A DNA stretch of 64,000 bases from Syncephalis fuscata S228 (taxonomy: Eukaryota > Fungi > Zoopagomycota). The notes beneath the pieces were generated by a model. It had not been told where the DNA came from and made no database searches. It saw nothing but the letters and a program-made list of their open reading frames with translations. The position numbers and the translations under genes are program-made. Positions 25,291 to 37,920 of this stretch are shown here, piece by piece; position 1 is the stretch's first letter, and each line of letters starts with the position of its first letter. Where the stretch lies: positions 87,724 through 151,723 of the forward strand of contig JAHLTZ010000045.1 in assembly GCA_025786725.1 (NCBI GenBank). The letters run 5' to 3'.

Positions 25291-25430
25291 CGACGAATTC
25301 ATTGCTTCATCTTATTTTTACTGATTTTGATCACCGAGCAATTAAATAAGCATTTATTTCATTTTATTTCCACTATTATTAGTTCAATTACACCAAGTTA
25401 TCGCTATAATCTGTGATTAGTTTATTCAAT

Positions 25431-27395
25431 ATGCCGCACATTAGTCCATCCTCTTCGGAGGAACTTACCTACAATACAATGCTACAGGTAAAGGTAGACT
25501 ATTTCTGCCATAGTTGGTGTCAAGAAGAGGCCACTCGAACACAGCGTCTACTATGGTACAGAGGCGATTTACTTGCTCGATATGGATATGGAACAGGTGT
25601 ACGTACACGCTGTGAAAATTTGCTTTGGCGTTTGCAATATATGTTATTGCCAGAACGAACGATTAAAGAACACGCCAATGGTAATTGTGCTGCTACAAAG
25701 GCTGCACGTTGTATGGTGTCGCATGTATGGCGTAATCGATTTGAGAAATACAATTCACCGTTAATTGGGCCAGTCTACTTGACGGGACGGCGATGGGGTC
25801 CACAACACCGTCCGCAAACCATTGGTCAAAGTAGTGCTATGCCTTTAAAGCGAACAGGCTCATTTAATGCAAAAATCAACCATGCTGATAGCAGTATGCG
25901 TTCTCTAACCGGCCAGCCTAATGGCTCTTATCGCTCAACGCCATCGATGCCGCGTGTTCTAAGTGATAGTGCACTTAGCTCTTGTATCAACCCGGCCAAT
26001 ATACATGGGGCTATGTCGATTGTACATTCTAAAAACGCCATAGCTTCTTCGTTAAACAGCGATAATGCCGAACTTGACTCTATTAAAGCCAGTATTATTA
26101 GCAACAACAACAACAGCAGCAACATGCCTATTATGAAAGGCAGTCTAAAGTCAATACCATCACAAACATCAATTGCTTCAAATGCATTTGCAGCACAAAT
26201 AGCTAATAGCAATTATTTAGGAACAGTACCTACAGCAGATAATATGGTACCTGGTCAAATGAACCTACCTATCAAATCAGCACTAAAACGCTCTTATGGA
26301 TCATTTATTCAAATGCATTCATCTGCTTACCAGCCTCACTTATGTGCATTGGATCATTTAGATCTAGCGGGCCAATTGACACCCAATCGACTTCGTAATT
26401 TGAATGAATCTCCTTGGGATGCCATTTCACTTCCTATTAACACCATACCCAGTACTGGTGATGGTCATGAGTCGTGTGATGGATCTTGTGATGGCAACGG
26501 AACGAATGAATGTGACTCGTCAGAAAATAGTTATATGACAGTTGCACCAGTACGTTCATTGTCGCATGGACAGGCGAGTGCTGCCAGTATTGATAGTCTA
26601 TGCAGTAATGTGAGCGGCAATAGCTCTAGTCCATGTCAATGTAAGCACAGAGACAGTGCACCGTCTACACCGCCCAAGCCTCGTCTTACGTTTAAAGATA
26701 CAGTAGAACGTCGTATCTACGTATCTGATTGTGAATATTCAATGCACCTGGAGCCATTGGATAATGCACTTTATATTCGACGAAAATCGTTTAGAAGACG
26801 ATCTCGATCAAATAATAAGGGCGCAATAGGCCATGACGATAATGCAGATCATCATAAAGATCATGTATTAGACGAGGAAGACGAGAGAATATATGATCAT
26901 GATCAAAAAGCCGGGATTATTGCCACCAATGACGATAATAAGCATTTAAGCCATTCAACCGTAAATATAATACAATCTAAAGAAGGTATGAATTTATGGG
27001 AAAGTAGCAATAATTCAAAGGACAATTTAATAGATCATTCCAGTGATGCACTTTCTCATTTAAGACCAAGTAATCATTTAGATGATGAACATGATATATC
27101 ATCATTAAGTATTGGATGGTCATTTGAAGACGACGACGATGAAGAAGACGAGGAAGAGGATGACGAAGAAGAGGATGACGAAGAAGACGACGATGATACA
27201 TTAGTAGAAGCAGAATCTAATCAAAATACGCTATCTCAGTTACGTTCTCGTCGTCGTCATCGACGTTGTCGTCGTGGACCTACAGCCGGTCAACGGGCAG
27301 CCGCAGTAGCCGGCAATATTATTGAACTAATTAACGAGGCCTGTGATCTTATTCATTGGATGGCTAGTGTATGGTTAACCGGATATTATATTTAA
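25431..27395 (+). CDS. Reg1-like PP1 regulatory protein (DUF1752-type N-terminal motif), single coding exon
   Basis: VDYFCHSW...RCENLLWR resembles Reg1 VDYLSHDW...RLENASWR. IKSALKR and RLTFKDTVER resemble the PP1-binding (K/R)xxF motif HIHFNDRVEQ; acidic tract near the C-terminus. Confidence 0.6.
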   Translation: MPHISPSSSEELTYNTMLQVKVDYFCHSWCQEEATRTQRLLWYRGDLLARYGYGTGVRTRCENLLWRLQYMLLPERTIKEHANGNCAATKAARCMVSHVWRNRFEKYNSPLIGPVYLTGRRWGPQHRPQTIGQSSAMPLKRTGSFNAKINHADSSMRSLTGQPNGSYRSTPSMPRVLSDSALSSCINPANIHGAMSIVHSKNAIASSLNSDNAELDSIKASIISNNNNSSNMPIMKGSLKSIPSQTSIASNAFAAQIANSNYLGTVPTADNMVPGQMNLPIKSALKRSYGSFIQMHSSAYQPHLCALDHLDLAGQLTPNRLRNLNESPWDAISLPINTIPSTGDGHESCDGSCDGNGTNECDSSENSYMTVAPVRSLSHGQASAASIDSLCSNVSGNSSSPCQCKHRDSAPSTPPKPRLTFKDTVERRIYVSDCEYSMHLEPLDNALYIRRKSFRRRSRSNNKGAIGHDDNADHHKDHVLDEEDERIYDHDQKAGIIATNDDNKHLSHSTVNIIQSKEGMNLWESSNNSKDNLIDHSSDALSHLRPSNHLDDEHDISSLSIGWSFEDDDDEEDEEEDDEEEDDEEDDDDTLVEAESNQNTLSQLRSRRRHRRCRRGPTAGQRAAAVAGNIIELINEACDLIHWMASVWLTGYYI

Positions 27396-27513
27396 AAGAG
27401 GTCGATATCATTTATTAAGAGGAATGCGCATTGCTTATTTTCTTTGCATATTATTTATGTTGCTGTTTTATATTAAATTTGATATTTTTAACATTTATTT
27501 AAATCTATTCATT

Positions 27514-29122
27514 TTAAGTGTGGAAAAGTTGATCCACATTATCGATGGCTTTACGTGGATCATCACGATAATAAACAAAATGGCCTTGTAATGCCGCGGC
27601 ACTTAATGCTTTACCGTGTTGTTTACTTTGAAGACGACAAGCGGCTACAAATGCATCAGCCTCGGTGTTATGTGTTTCGTAAAAGCGTAGGAATAGTTCA
27701 CGTATTTGGTGGTCACTAACATCACCAAGTAGCGCTTTAACATCCACTCGACCGGGTCTTATAAGTGCCGAATCTAATCGTTCTAAATGGTTGGTGGTCA
27801 TAAATATAATACGTTCTTCAGCGGCTGCCACACCATCCAATGCATTTAACAGTCCACTAAATGTTACCATTGAAGCATATCTAGTATCTAATGGTTAATA
27901 AAATGTATATATTATTATTATTGTTATGCCTATACCCTTGCTTATCCGATTGTATACGTTGACTAAATGCTGCATCGACATCTTCTAGTAATAGAATACT
28001 TCGTTCGGGCGTATTGCCCAATAAATGATTTAATCGATCATCTGTTAGTCCAGGTTCACTTAGATTCAATAAGCATATATTGTAACCAAGTTCGCCGGCC
28101 AATGCTTGAATGAATGAACTTTTACCACTACCTGGTGGTCCATATAATAGGTAGCCTCGTCGATAAGGAATACCTAGGTATTTTATGCTTAGTACTACTA
28201 TTATTAGTTAGATAGTATGGTGTACTACCTCTATTTGTATACCATTGGCCATTGGCAATAAATGACTTGACATCGTTGACTAGATGCTGTTTAAGATTTA
28301 GATCGAGAATGACCGAGTCTAAAGGCCGGCGTTTACGTGGCTGACCAAAAGGACGCCATTCTGGTCCATAACTACAATAAATAACGGTTTTGCCTTCTTG
28401 ACTTGCTAAGGCACGCGATCGGGCCTCCACTAGCATGTCATTGAGTACAGTACGATCACGCGATAGTGTGGTAATCATGATAGTTTCATAAGGACTACCG
28501 GTGGATAGATCCATTAAACGGCTATCACGGCGTCGTTCTACCTAATAAATATAATATAATAAATTATAGCGTGTTTTAATATAATGTAAATATTAATGTC
28601 ATCATAATGATATCGATAACAACAATATAATCGATTTACCTGCATCCAAGCACCATGCCAGCGAAACCAATGCTTGCCAGGTCCAGGCACTAGAGAGAAT
28701 TCAGTTGTTACTGCACCATTTTCGTGTTGTTTAAACGCTGTTTGTACGGCAAGGTGAGGACTATGTTGTTGTGCACCCCGATCAATCATCCAGTTAAGTA
28801 GCCAGGGATAGCTTTTATCACGCGACGGAATTTCCAGCGTAACAAGTAGACGACGTTGTAGTAGCGTACCCGTTTGCATAATACCACGTCTTAATAGCGA
28901 AAGTGCTACACCTACACCAACAAGGCCTAAACCGGCGCCAAAAAGCGGATTCGTCGACCAAGTATTTAATAAACTATTGCTAGAGCTATTATTACCCTGT
29001 TCTAATTGAATAGCTTTATGAGAAGGTAGCGTGTCGGTTGCCGTTACTGTCGGTGTTACTGTTGTTGTTGTTGGTGGTGGTGGTGGTGCTGTTTCAGCAC
29101 CTATAGAAGAAGATACGTCCAT
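27514..29122 (-). CDS. BCS1: Mitochondrial AAA chaperone Bcs1, multi-exon
   Basis: [91 protein letters not shown]. Confidence 0.97.
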
Positions 29123-29404
29123 TGTTAGTGTAGTATAGCTGGAAAAAGAAGAAACAAATCTATTGTAATAATATTTAGAATTACTACTTAATATTAGTAA
29201 ATGTGTTTGTAGTAATAAACAATTAAATCAATTATTAAGACTGTGATGACGATAATCATAACAATAGTAATACTAATAGGTTAATATTAATAGCCAATTC
29301 ATTTAAATCGTCTTTCCTTTATTCACCTTATACCTGCTCATCAACCGTGCACTACTATCTTTATTCTTTATTATCTGATAAGTAAAAGAGCAACAAACGA
29401 CAGT

Positions 29405-32301
29405 ATGGCGTCAATAGATAGCCTGTTCGAGTCATCTACATTTGACGTGTTTGTACCAGCTCTGCCACTTGACCAGGAAACAAGCCGTCCACTCCTAGAT
29501 GACCTAGTACTGGCCCATGAGCTTGACTATGCACTATTCGGTAAGTTATTCAACAATTCATATACTTGATTGAATAACAATGTTTAGATGAAAAGTTGAC
29601 CGTTTACGTAATGGGTCGGGTTCAGTTGCCAGAATCCGCGTCTTCTACAGTACAAGACAATGAGAATGACGACAACGATAGCAACAACAACAACAACAAC
29701 AACAATAGTAACAGTAATAATAAGAGCAAGCCAGACCAGGATGCTACAGTGCCTATTGCTATACAGTCGTTGTTTAAGAATCTAACCGTACAGCTCGATG
29801 CTACTATTGTCGAACCTATGGCACCGTCATCGCCTGTATTTTCACCATCCGATTCAAATACGAGTAGTTTGGGCACACCTACAGGCCGACCCGTATCTCC
29901 ATTACCGCCTGGACAACAACCAGTGCGTATGGATCCATCTACGCCTACACCTACACTACAACCACCATCGCCACATGCTAGTGCACCTACATCGCCGGTA
30001 ATAGGACCTAGTGGAACACCACAACGTACATTGCCACGCCGATCCTCGTCTATTCGTAATGTTTCGTTGTCGCCAGGCCTTGGACCGCGTCGTAATAGTG
30101 AAATGAGACAACTAAGCGATGGATGGGCTGGCACTCAAATATTCCAAGAGAAACAACTTGCTCGAGATAGTCTAACTAGTGATGGTGATATTCAACGCTA
30201 TAATGAGCAATGGGGCTGTGTATTTCAATTTACCGTGCCAGTTTGTAGGTTATTAGATACATATTAGCTGTAATAATAATGATTACTAAATTATAATGTT
30301 ACAATAGCATTTATTAAAATTGGTGATCGTTCCCGTACTCTTTTGTTAACAGCAACGATAACCAAACTAAGGAGCTCGGTTATGGGCGATGAAAAGAACA
30401 TAGCTAATATGGCTGAAAGTAAAATAATGATGACAACGACAGTGCCACAAATAGTTGCTAATGGTAATGGTACTGATGCTATATCAGGTAAGTAGATTGG
30501 AATTGTATTAATATTGGCTAATGTATATTGTATTTAATAAGATGCACCAATATCTGAAAGTCCACGACGTGGCTCAATAGCCTCAATTACCTCTATTAAT
30601 GCCGATGTACCCGATGTAGTTATAGACGATTCGAACGATTCAAGTCGTGTACCCACTGCCACTCCAGTGTCTCGATCGACATCTGGTATACAGGCCAATG
30701 AAGGCATTATTAAAAAGTCGGCCACAAAAACGATGTCCGTTAGATCGGCTGTCAACACAATTGCCAAAGTGACCTGGACTTCATTACTTGAAAATACACT
30801 TATTCTAGCCATTGATATTGATAATGAAGTTAATGCATCACACGACATTACACTAAATAGTCTCAAGGTTGATATTACTAGTGCAGTATTAAGGCCCTGT
30901 GGACCACACTTTGATCAAGTAAGTTTTAATAATATTTATAATATGAATATAAGTAATGATTTATTTAATTAGGCGGTTAAATTGTTACCTGGTGATCAAT
31001 ATACACAATTATATCATTTGACCATTTTGGATGATGATCGTAAGCCGTCAATTCAGCCACCACCACCACAAATGATGGTGCCATCATTTGCTAGACCTGG
31101 ACCGGATGGTGAATTTCCACAACTATTTACACCAGCACAAATCGAGAGTAAATTACGAGAAGTGCGTTTGCAGTTATCGTGTACAGTCCATACTGCCACT
31201 GAAGAGATTATGAAACGAGAAGTCAACTCAGACTGGCGATTCTTTGTTGATTCTAGCGATGCGGCAAAACGCCGTGTACAAGAACAATTTAGATCAGGTG
31301 GAGCACGTACTGTGCGTGTATTTCCTCCTTCAGAGCCTATGACACCGCAAGGTGGACCTCGTCCTGGACGACCTAGTGGTGGTAGTGGCACACCCAGTGG
31401 CGGTGGCACCCTAATATGTTAAGTCCATCTGCTCCTAATTCTACTCGACCTATGCTGGCCGTCACACAGGTGCTGGTGCTGGTGGTGCCGGTGGCGATAT
31501 TAAAGGCCGTGGTAGACGTGCATTTACACTCGATAGAACAAATGAAGACTCGTCATTTGGTGGACCTGGATTAGTTATTTCATTTTCAGGTAAATCGACT
31601 AATGTTACAATTACATTGATACTAATTATTGTATTAAATATAAATATGTTTAGTTAATGGACCAGTTATTTATGAACAAGAATTTGTCGTTGAAGCATTT
31701 CTAGTGAATCGATCACATCGTACAAAGAATTTTACTGTGCTTATTCCAAGTCGACAAAGTGTTGCAGTAATACACAGCGATATCGACGGTAAATAGCTAC
31801 AACAACAGTTTACTATTCGCTAATACATAGTCAATAATAGACCAACGATAGTAACAGAGACGCGTGCTGCAGGACTACATGTAGATACACATATGAGAGG
31901 TGATAGTAAGTAGAAGTGACTAATAGTTATGTAATAGTGTAAATTAATAATAACAATAACGTATATTCAACATGACATTATAGCCATTATTGAGAAACAA
32001 CGACGTAGTCTACAAAACCATGCATCTCTAGTCTGTCTCGACAATCATATCCGTTTAAGGTAAGTATCAATACTGTTATTGGTAATATTGAGTTATATAG
32101 ATTACAAATTAATTGTTATAATATCTGTTTCTTATTACTAGTCCATTGCAACCAGGTGCATGTCTTTCGGTCTATTTACACTTTGTTCCATTCCGTGAAC
32201 ATTTCAACACTATTGAATTAGTACAATTGTTTGACAAGGATACAGGCTCAATGACCAGTCTACGCGATGTTTTGGATGTTTATGTACAGCCCAGTGCATA
32301 G
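29405..32301 (+). CDS. TRS65: TRAPP II subunit Trs65/TRAPPC14-like, multi-exon
   Basis: C-terminal SLVCLDNHIRL.PLQPGACLSVYLHFVP...IELVQLFD..TG....LRDVLDV, LLPGDQYTQLY, GLVISFS, EFVVEAFLVNRS. Confidence 0.65.
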
Positions 32302-32460
32302 AATGTATGCTATAATCTATCATCGGATGTAGATTGAAACCAATGCTTTATTTTGTTTTATCTGCAGTCCAATATAACCACGTTCAATTCACGCTCACAA
32401 TACAAAGACAATAACGACGATAGCAACAACAACAACAATCATAACCATATCAATATGTCT

Positions 32461-33233
32461 TTAAGATGATTTCGGCATTACTTGTACCTCCGAGATACGT
32501 AATAGTGTGTAGTGGTGACGGTACCGAAGGCGACGATGATAATTTTTTCGTTTTTTGAATTTAATTTTAATTACCTAGTAAATGAATGCGCAGTAATAGA
32601 TATTAATAAATTAAATATTATTATTAATAATAATAGGGTCAGTGTTAATATTTACCTGACTGCCTTTGGGCTCTTCAATAACTGTGGCTCTTACACGAAT
32701 AATACGTGAATCAACCAATGGCTTGCCAAATAGCGTATAATCCATAGTACCTATTTCTCGGATTCGGTCAAGTTCAAGAATATCGCCTACTTTTGCGTTT
32801 CGAAGTCGATCTACAACAACGATATCGTTTTTGGTAACGAGAAATGAACGGCCCATAATCTCAGCTACAGCATAGTGTTCCTTTTGTTCACGTAGTAATT
32901 GGGCAGCTTGTTGAATGTCTTGTGGTATATCAGCGATTGCTGTATCCGTAGTAGAAGTAGCAGTACCGGTAAGTACGGTTGGCGTATTGGAAATTGCCGT
33001 TGCTACTGGCTCAATAGGCGGTATTGCAGGCTGTGTATTTGTCGTATAGAGAGGAATAATAGAAGCCGCTACAATCAACGACATGTTAAGCAAAGTAGGC
33101 ATATAAACTGTATTGTAGGTAACTTACTTGAAATCGGACGTAGAGTCAATAGATTTGGTGACATTGATCGCGTAGCCGGCATCGCCGTCGTCCAGGCACG
33201 AGATCGCGCAACAGTAGCCAGTCGTGACCACAT
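32461..33233 (-). CDS. Mitochondrial ribosomal protein bL21m
   Basis: Presequence-like N-terminus; YAVAEIMGRSFLVTKNDIV, VGDILELDRIREIGTMDYTLFGKP, RATVIEEPK, RKNYHRRLRYRHHYTLLRISEV. Confidence 0.9.
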
Positions 33234-33430
33234 AATGGTGTAGACAAGTGATAAATAAGAATGAACGATCTACAATCTGAATAAAAGAATTAATAAGATA
33301 TTACGCGCTTTTATTTTTATCTTTTTTAAATTACGGATCGTTTATTCTTTCCCAGCTGAACCACATTGAACACCCTTTTATTGGCCGTACTGGTCAGCTG
33401 TAAACTATAACTATATACGAATAAATAAAT

Positions 33431-34634
33431 ATGCGTCATTTGATTCGACTAAGTGCATCAGGTATACGGCGTCAATGTCGTTTAGGAGTAACTAGTGTTC
33501 AGGTAGGTGGGTCACCCTTAATTGATACCATAGCTAATATGTTTAATAGACGGTGGCTGGGCCTTTCCATTCACCAATGGTCTGTGCATCATCGAGTAGA
33601 CAAATGATGGTGCCGATGTTAGCCACATCAATGAACATGTTCATGCAGCCATGGCCGCAACAGCAGCGGTATTTTGCGGCAAAGAAGAAGAATAAGAAGG
33701 GTAAACGCGGTGCTGATGCCGATGAAGATATGAACGACGATATAGTAGAGGAGCTAACGAGCAAGAAGGGAGGAGGGAAGCGCCATAGTCTATCTGAAGC
33801 AGATGTTGAAGCTGCTGAAGGAGCCGCTAGTCAATTTCATATTAATACATTTGAAGATAAAATGAATGGCTGTATAAAGCGATTACAAAAGGAGTTTAGT
33901 CAATTGCGTTCAGTTCGTGCTAATCCAGGTAATTAATGATAAGTTATGATATATTTTAATAACGATATATGTATATGTATATGTATATGTATATTAGCTA
34001 TACTTGATACGGTTCAAGTACAAGTAGAAGGTCAAAAAGCACCATTACAACAACTAGCTCAAGTATCAGTACGTGATCCATTAATGCTTGTTGTAACAAC
34101 TTATGATCCATCAGTAAGTCATTTATGTAATATTTATTGTAATTGATACAAATGTTAAATAGATGATATCAGCGGTTGATAAGGCAATTCGATCCGCTGG
34201 TCTGAATCTTAATCCAACGGTGGATGGTAAATTACTTCGTGTTCCGATTCCAAAGTAAATTAGCTTTTTACAGCTACTATTACCTAGCGCTAAATCTATA
34301 TATTAGAATGACCAAGCAAATACGTGATGAAGTGGCTAAACAAGCAACGCAAATTGCCGAACAAGCACGTAGTCATATTCGTGCCGTTCGACAAGATGCA
34401 CTAAAACACTTGAAGAAATTAGAATTATCAAAAGATGATACACGACATATGGAGAAACAGGTATCGTAATAATAATAATAATAATAACAATAATAGTATA
34501 TCTAATTAACTAACTAACTATCAACGACGTATTCATTGTTTATATTTATTTAGGTACAAACACTTACGGATAAATTTGTACAACAAGTGGATCAAGCAAT
34601 GAAAGCTAAAGTGAATGATATTACATCTGGTTAA
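33431..34634 (+). CDS. RRF1: Mitochondrial ribosome recycling factor, multi-exon
   Basis: LRSVRANP, LDTVQV...LQQLAQVSVRDP, VDKAIRSAGLNLNP, VPIP, AEQARSHIRAVRQ, SKDD. Confidence 0.92.
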
Positions 34635-34720
34635 AACTGTAAACAGTTTTAAAGAGTAGTTTAGTTTTATGAACCCCTGTTTGATTTTAGCCATTCCGTA
34701 ATTGTCCACAGACACTTATG

Positions 34721-34764
34721 CACACACACACACACACACACAGACACAGACATAGACACACAGA
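34721..34764. repeat. (CA)n / CAGA microsatellite
   Basis: cacacacacacacacacacacagacacagacatagacacacaga. Confidence 0.85.
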
Positions 34765-35283
34765 CTATGGATATACGTACTTTTGACCACCATTTATAAT
34801 GATGATACGGAGAGTGATAGTTGGACAAGGATCTAGCATAATAATAAACAATTATTTTATTAATTAATTATAATTATAGTTGCTTATAATAATAATAATA
34901 TAGACTATTTATCGATAATACTAATTTATGATATTTACAAACGATGACGAATAGAAGGAATGTATGAATGAAACGGACAAATCAAAAGTCAATCAAAAAT
35001 GATAGTTCCTCTTTACTATCTTTAACTATTATTATAATGCTGTAATGGCTATCACATTAGTATTATGACAATAACTACAGCCATAGTGGATGATGTTCTA
35101 TAATGACTACGGCTCCGATCTTTCCGCCTGCCTCCGTTCATCCTCACGGATATACACGCCTAGTTCCTACCCTTCCCCCTCACACTATTCCCACTCGTGC
35201 CTTCTTCTCTCCTCTTTCGCGTCGGCTTTTACGCGTTTCTTCCCTTTAAACACTTTCTTACTTTGGTACTGTTGTTGTCTACG

Positions 35284-37475
35284 ATGTTCAGGAGCGTTGC
35301 CCGCCTTTCCTCCCGGCAGTTGGCCCGTCCTTCGCGGTCGGTCATTGCTCAACTTGTACGTAGCCATGATCCAAACAATAGTTGCACTTTTGAATAAACG
35401 TGTTGTGTCGGGATGTTGATGAGGATGGCGTCATAGCATTGCTGACTTTGATCTATGGCATATGCCGTTGAATCAAAGTCAACGACCCTATAATGGCATC
35501 GTCATCAGTGTTGTAGACCGCACGGATATGTTAAAAGGCGCATATACGGTGTTTGGATCATATTAATCCAGCGTTTTCAAATCCAGATGCTAATATAAAA
35601 ATGCTTTATATATGCTGTATTTAATGGTGTATTTAGGCCTCGCGCAATGTTGCTGCTGCTTCTCAAATGGGTCGCGCTTTGTCCACAAGCGCTATGAGCC
35701 AGGCTGCTGCTAAGCCAGGTAAGCGATCGGCTGAAATGCGCTAGAATAAATAGCGCTATGGCCATGTAGTCTATACATAAATAAATAAATAGCATTGACT
35801 GACTTTTAATACTGCTAGGTACCTCTGAGGTCAGCTCCATCATCGAGGAGCGCATTCTTGGCGTCAAGAGCGACGTCGATATCCAGGAAACTGGTCGTGT
35901 CTTGTCTGTTGGTGACGGTATTGCCCGTGTCTACGGTTTGAAGAACTGCCAGGCCGAAGAAATGGTGGAATTCTCCAGCGGTGTTCAGGTAGGCTAACTA
36001 GCATTTAGGCAGCCATTCATACCATATGTGCATCAAAAATGATGGATAATGTTATAGATTGGGTCTAATTGCATTGTTGTTGTATAATGTGTAATTAATC
36101 AATATAATAATTTAATATTATACAGGGTATGGCTCTTAACTTGGAACCAGACAATGTCGGTATTGTCGTGTTCGGTAACGATCGTTTGATCAAGGAAGGT
36201 GACACTGTTCGTCGTACCGGTAACATTGTCGATGTACCAACTGGCGATGCTTTGCTCGGCCGTGTCGTCGATGCTCTTGGTAACCCAATTGACGGTAAAG
36301 GTCCAATTAAGGCCAGCTCCCGTCAACGTGTCCAAGTCAAGGCTCCAGGTATTATCCCACGTCAATCTGTACACGAGCCTATGCAGACCGGTCTCAAGTC
36401 TGTCGACTCTATGTTGCCAATTGGTCGTGGCCAACGTGAGTTGATTATTGGCGATCGTCAAACTGGTAAGACTGCCGTCGCTCTTGATACTATTATCAAC
36501 CAGAAGAAATGGAACGATGGTGCTGACGAGTCCAAGAAGCTCTACTGTGTCTACGTTGCCATTGGTCAAAAGCGATCCACTGTCGCCCAGTTCGTAAAGA
36601 CCCTAGAGGAATACGATGCGCTTAAATACACCATCATTGTAGCTGCTACCGCCTCCGATGCTGCTCCATTGCAGTTCTTGTCGCCATACTCTGGCTGTGC
36701 TATGGGTGAACACTTCCGTGACAACGGCAAACACGCCCTTATCATCTACGACGATTTGTCCAAGCAGGCCGTCGCCTACCGTCAAATGTCGTTGTTGCTT
36801 CGTCGTCCACCTGGTCGTGAAGCCTATCCTGGTGATGTGTTCTACCTTCACTCGCGTCTTTTAGAACGTGCTGCCAAGATGAACAAGGACTTTGGTAGCG
36901 GTTCATTGACTGCCTTGCCAGTTATTGAGACTCAAGGTGGAGATGTGTCTGCATACATTCCTACCAATGTCATTTCCATTACTGATGGCCAGATTTTCTT
37001 GGAAGCCGAGTTGTTCTTCAAGGGTATTCGTCCAGCCATTAACGTCGGTATTTCCGTATCTCGTGTCGGTTCTGCTGCCCAGACCAAGGCTATGAAGCAA
37101 GTTGCCGGTTCGCTTAAGCTTTTCCTTGCCCAGTATCGTGAAGTGGCCGCCTTTGCCCAGTTCGGTTCCGATCTTGATGCATCCACCCAGTTCTTGCTTA
37201 ACCGTGGTGCCCGTCTTACCGAGTTGTTGAAGCAGCCTCAGTACAGCCCATTGCCAGTCGAACTCCAAGTTGCCATCATCTACGCCGGTGTCAACGGTTT
37301 CCTCGACAAGATTGAGGTCAAACGCGTTGTTGACTTCGAAGGCGCTTTCTTGCCATTCATGACCTCCCAGCACGCCGATATTCTTTCGTCTATTCGCACG
37401 GAAGGCAAGCTTACCGAGGCCACTGAACAGAAGTTGCGTTCGGTTATTACCGAATTCAGCAAGACGTTTGTCTAA
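35284..37475 (+). CDS. ATP1: Mitochondrial F1 ATP synthase alpha subunit, 4 exons
   Basis: Presequence [15 protein letters not shown]; [61 protein letters not shown]. Confidence 0.99.
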
Positions 37476-37920
37476 AGACATACACTGGCTGCTATATAGC
37501 AATCACTACGCGCCCTTCTTATTAGCGTAAGGAATCTTTTTCTTTGTTTCCTACAACGCCATTCGATTATCCCCCTTGCCCCTACCTACTACTACTACTT
37601 CTTCTTCTTCTATTCGACAATCATTGGATATAATTGTCGTTTTTTTGTTGGTTGTAACCAATGGTTGTATGATTGCAATCAGCTTTTGTCTACTTGAGCC
37701 GTTGCATATTGTCACCTTTGGCGCGATTGTGATGATAGGAAGAAAAAATTCAACATTATTCAATAGTTAGCTATAGATGTGTATATGTAATGTGTGTGTG
37801 TGTGTGTGTATGTATAGAGAAACAGTACAGAGCGATAGGTTAAATGTTTTACTAGCTATATAAGCGAATTAATGATACAAATGCAAGTGGCACAGAACAA
37901 TACTAAGTTAAAATGCATAT

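Noticed and set aside
35363-35430. Possible box C/D snoRNA in ATP1 intron 1
   Set aside because: No clean RUGAUGA/CUGA pair with a recognisable rRNA-complementary guide; the hairpin explanation fits better.
36099-37502. Minus-strand ORFs of 156 and 199 aa
   Set aside because: They are antisense to the highly codon-biased ATP1 exon.
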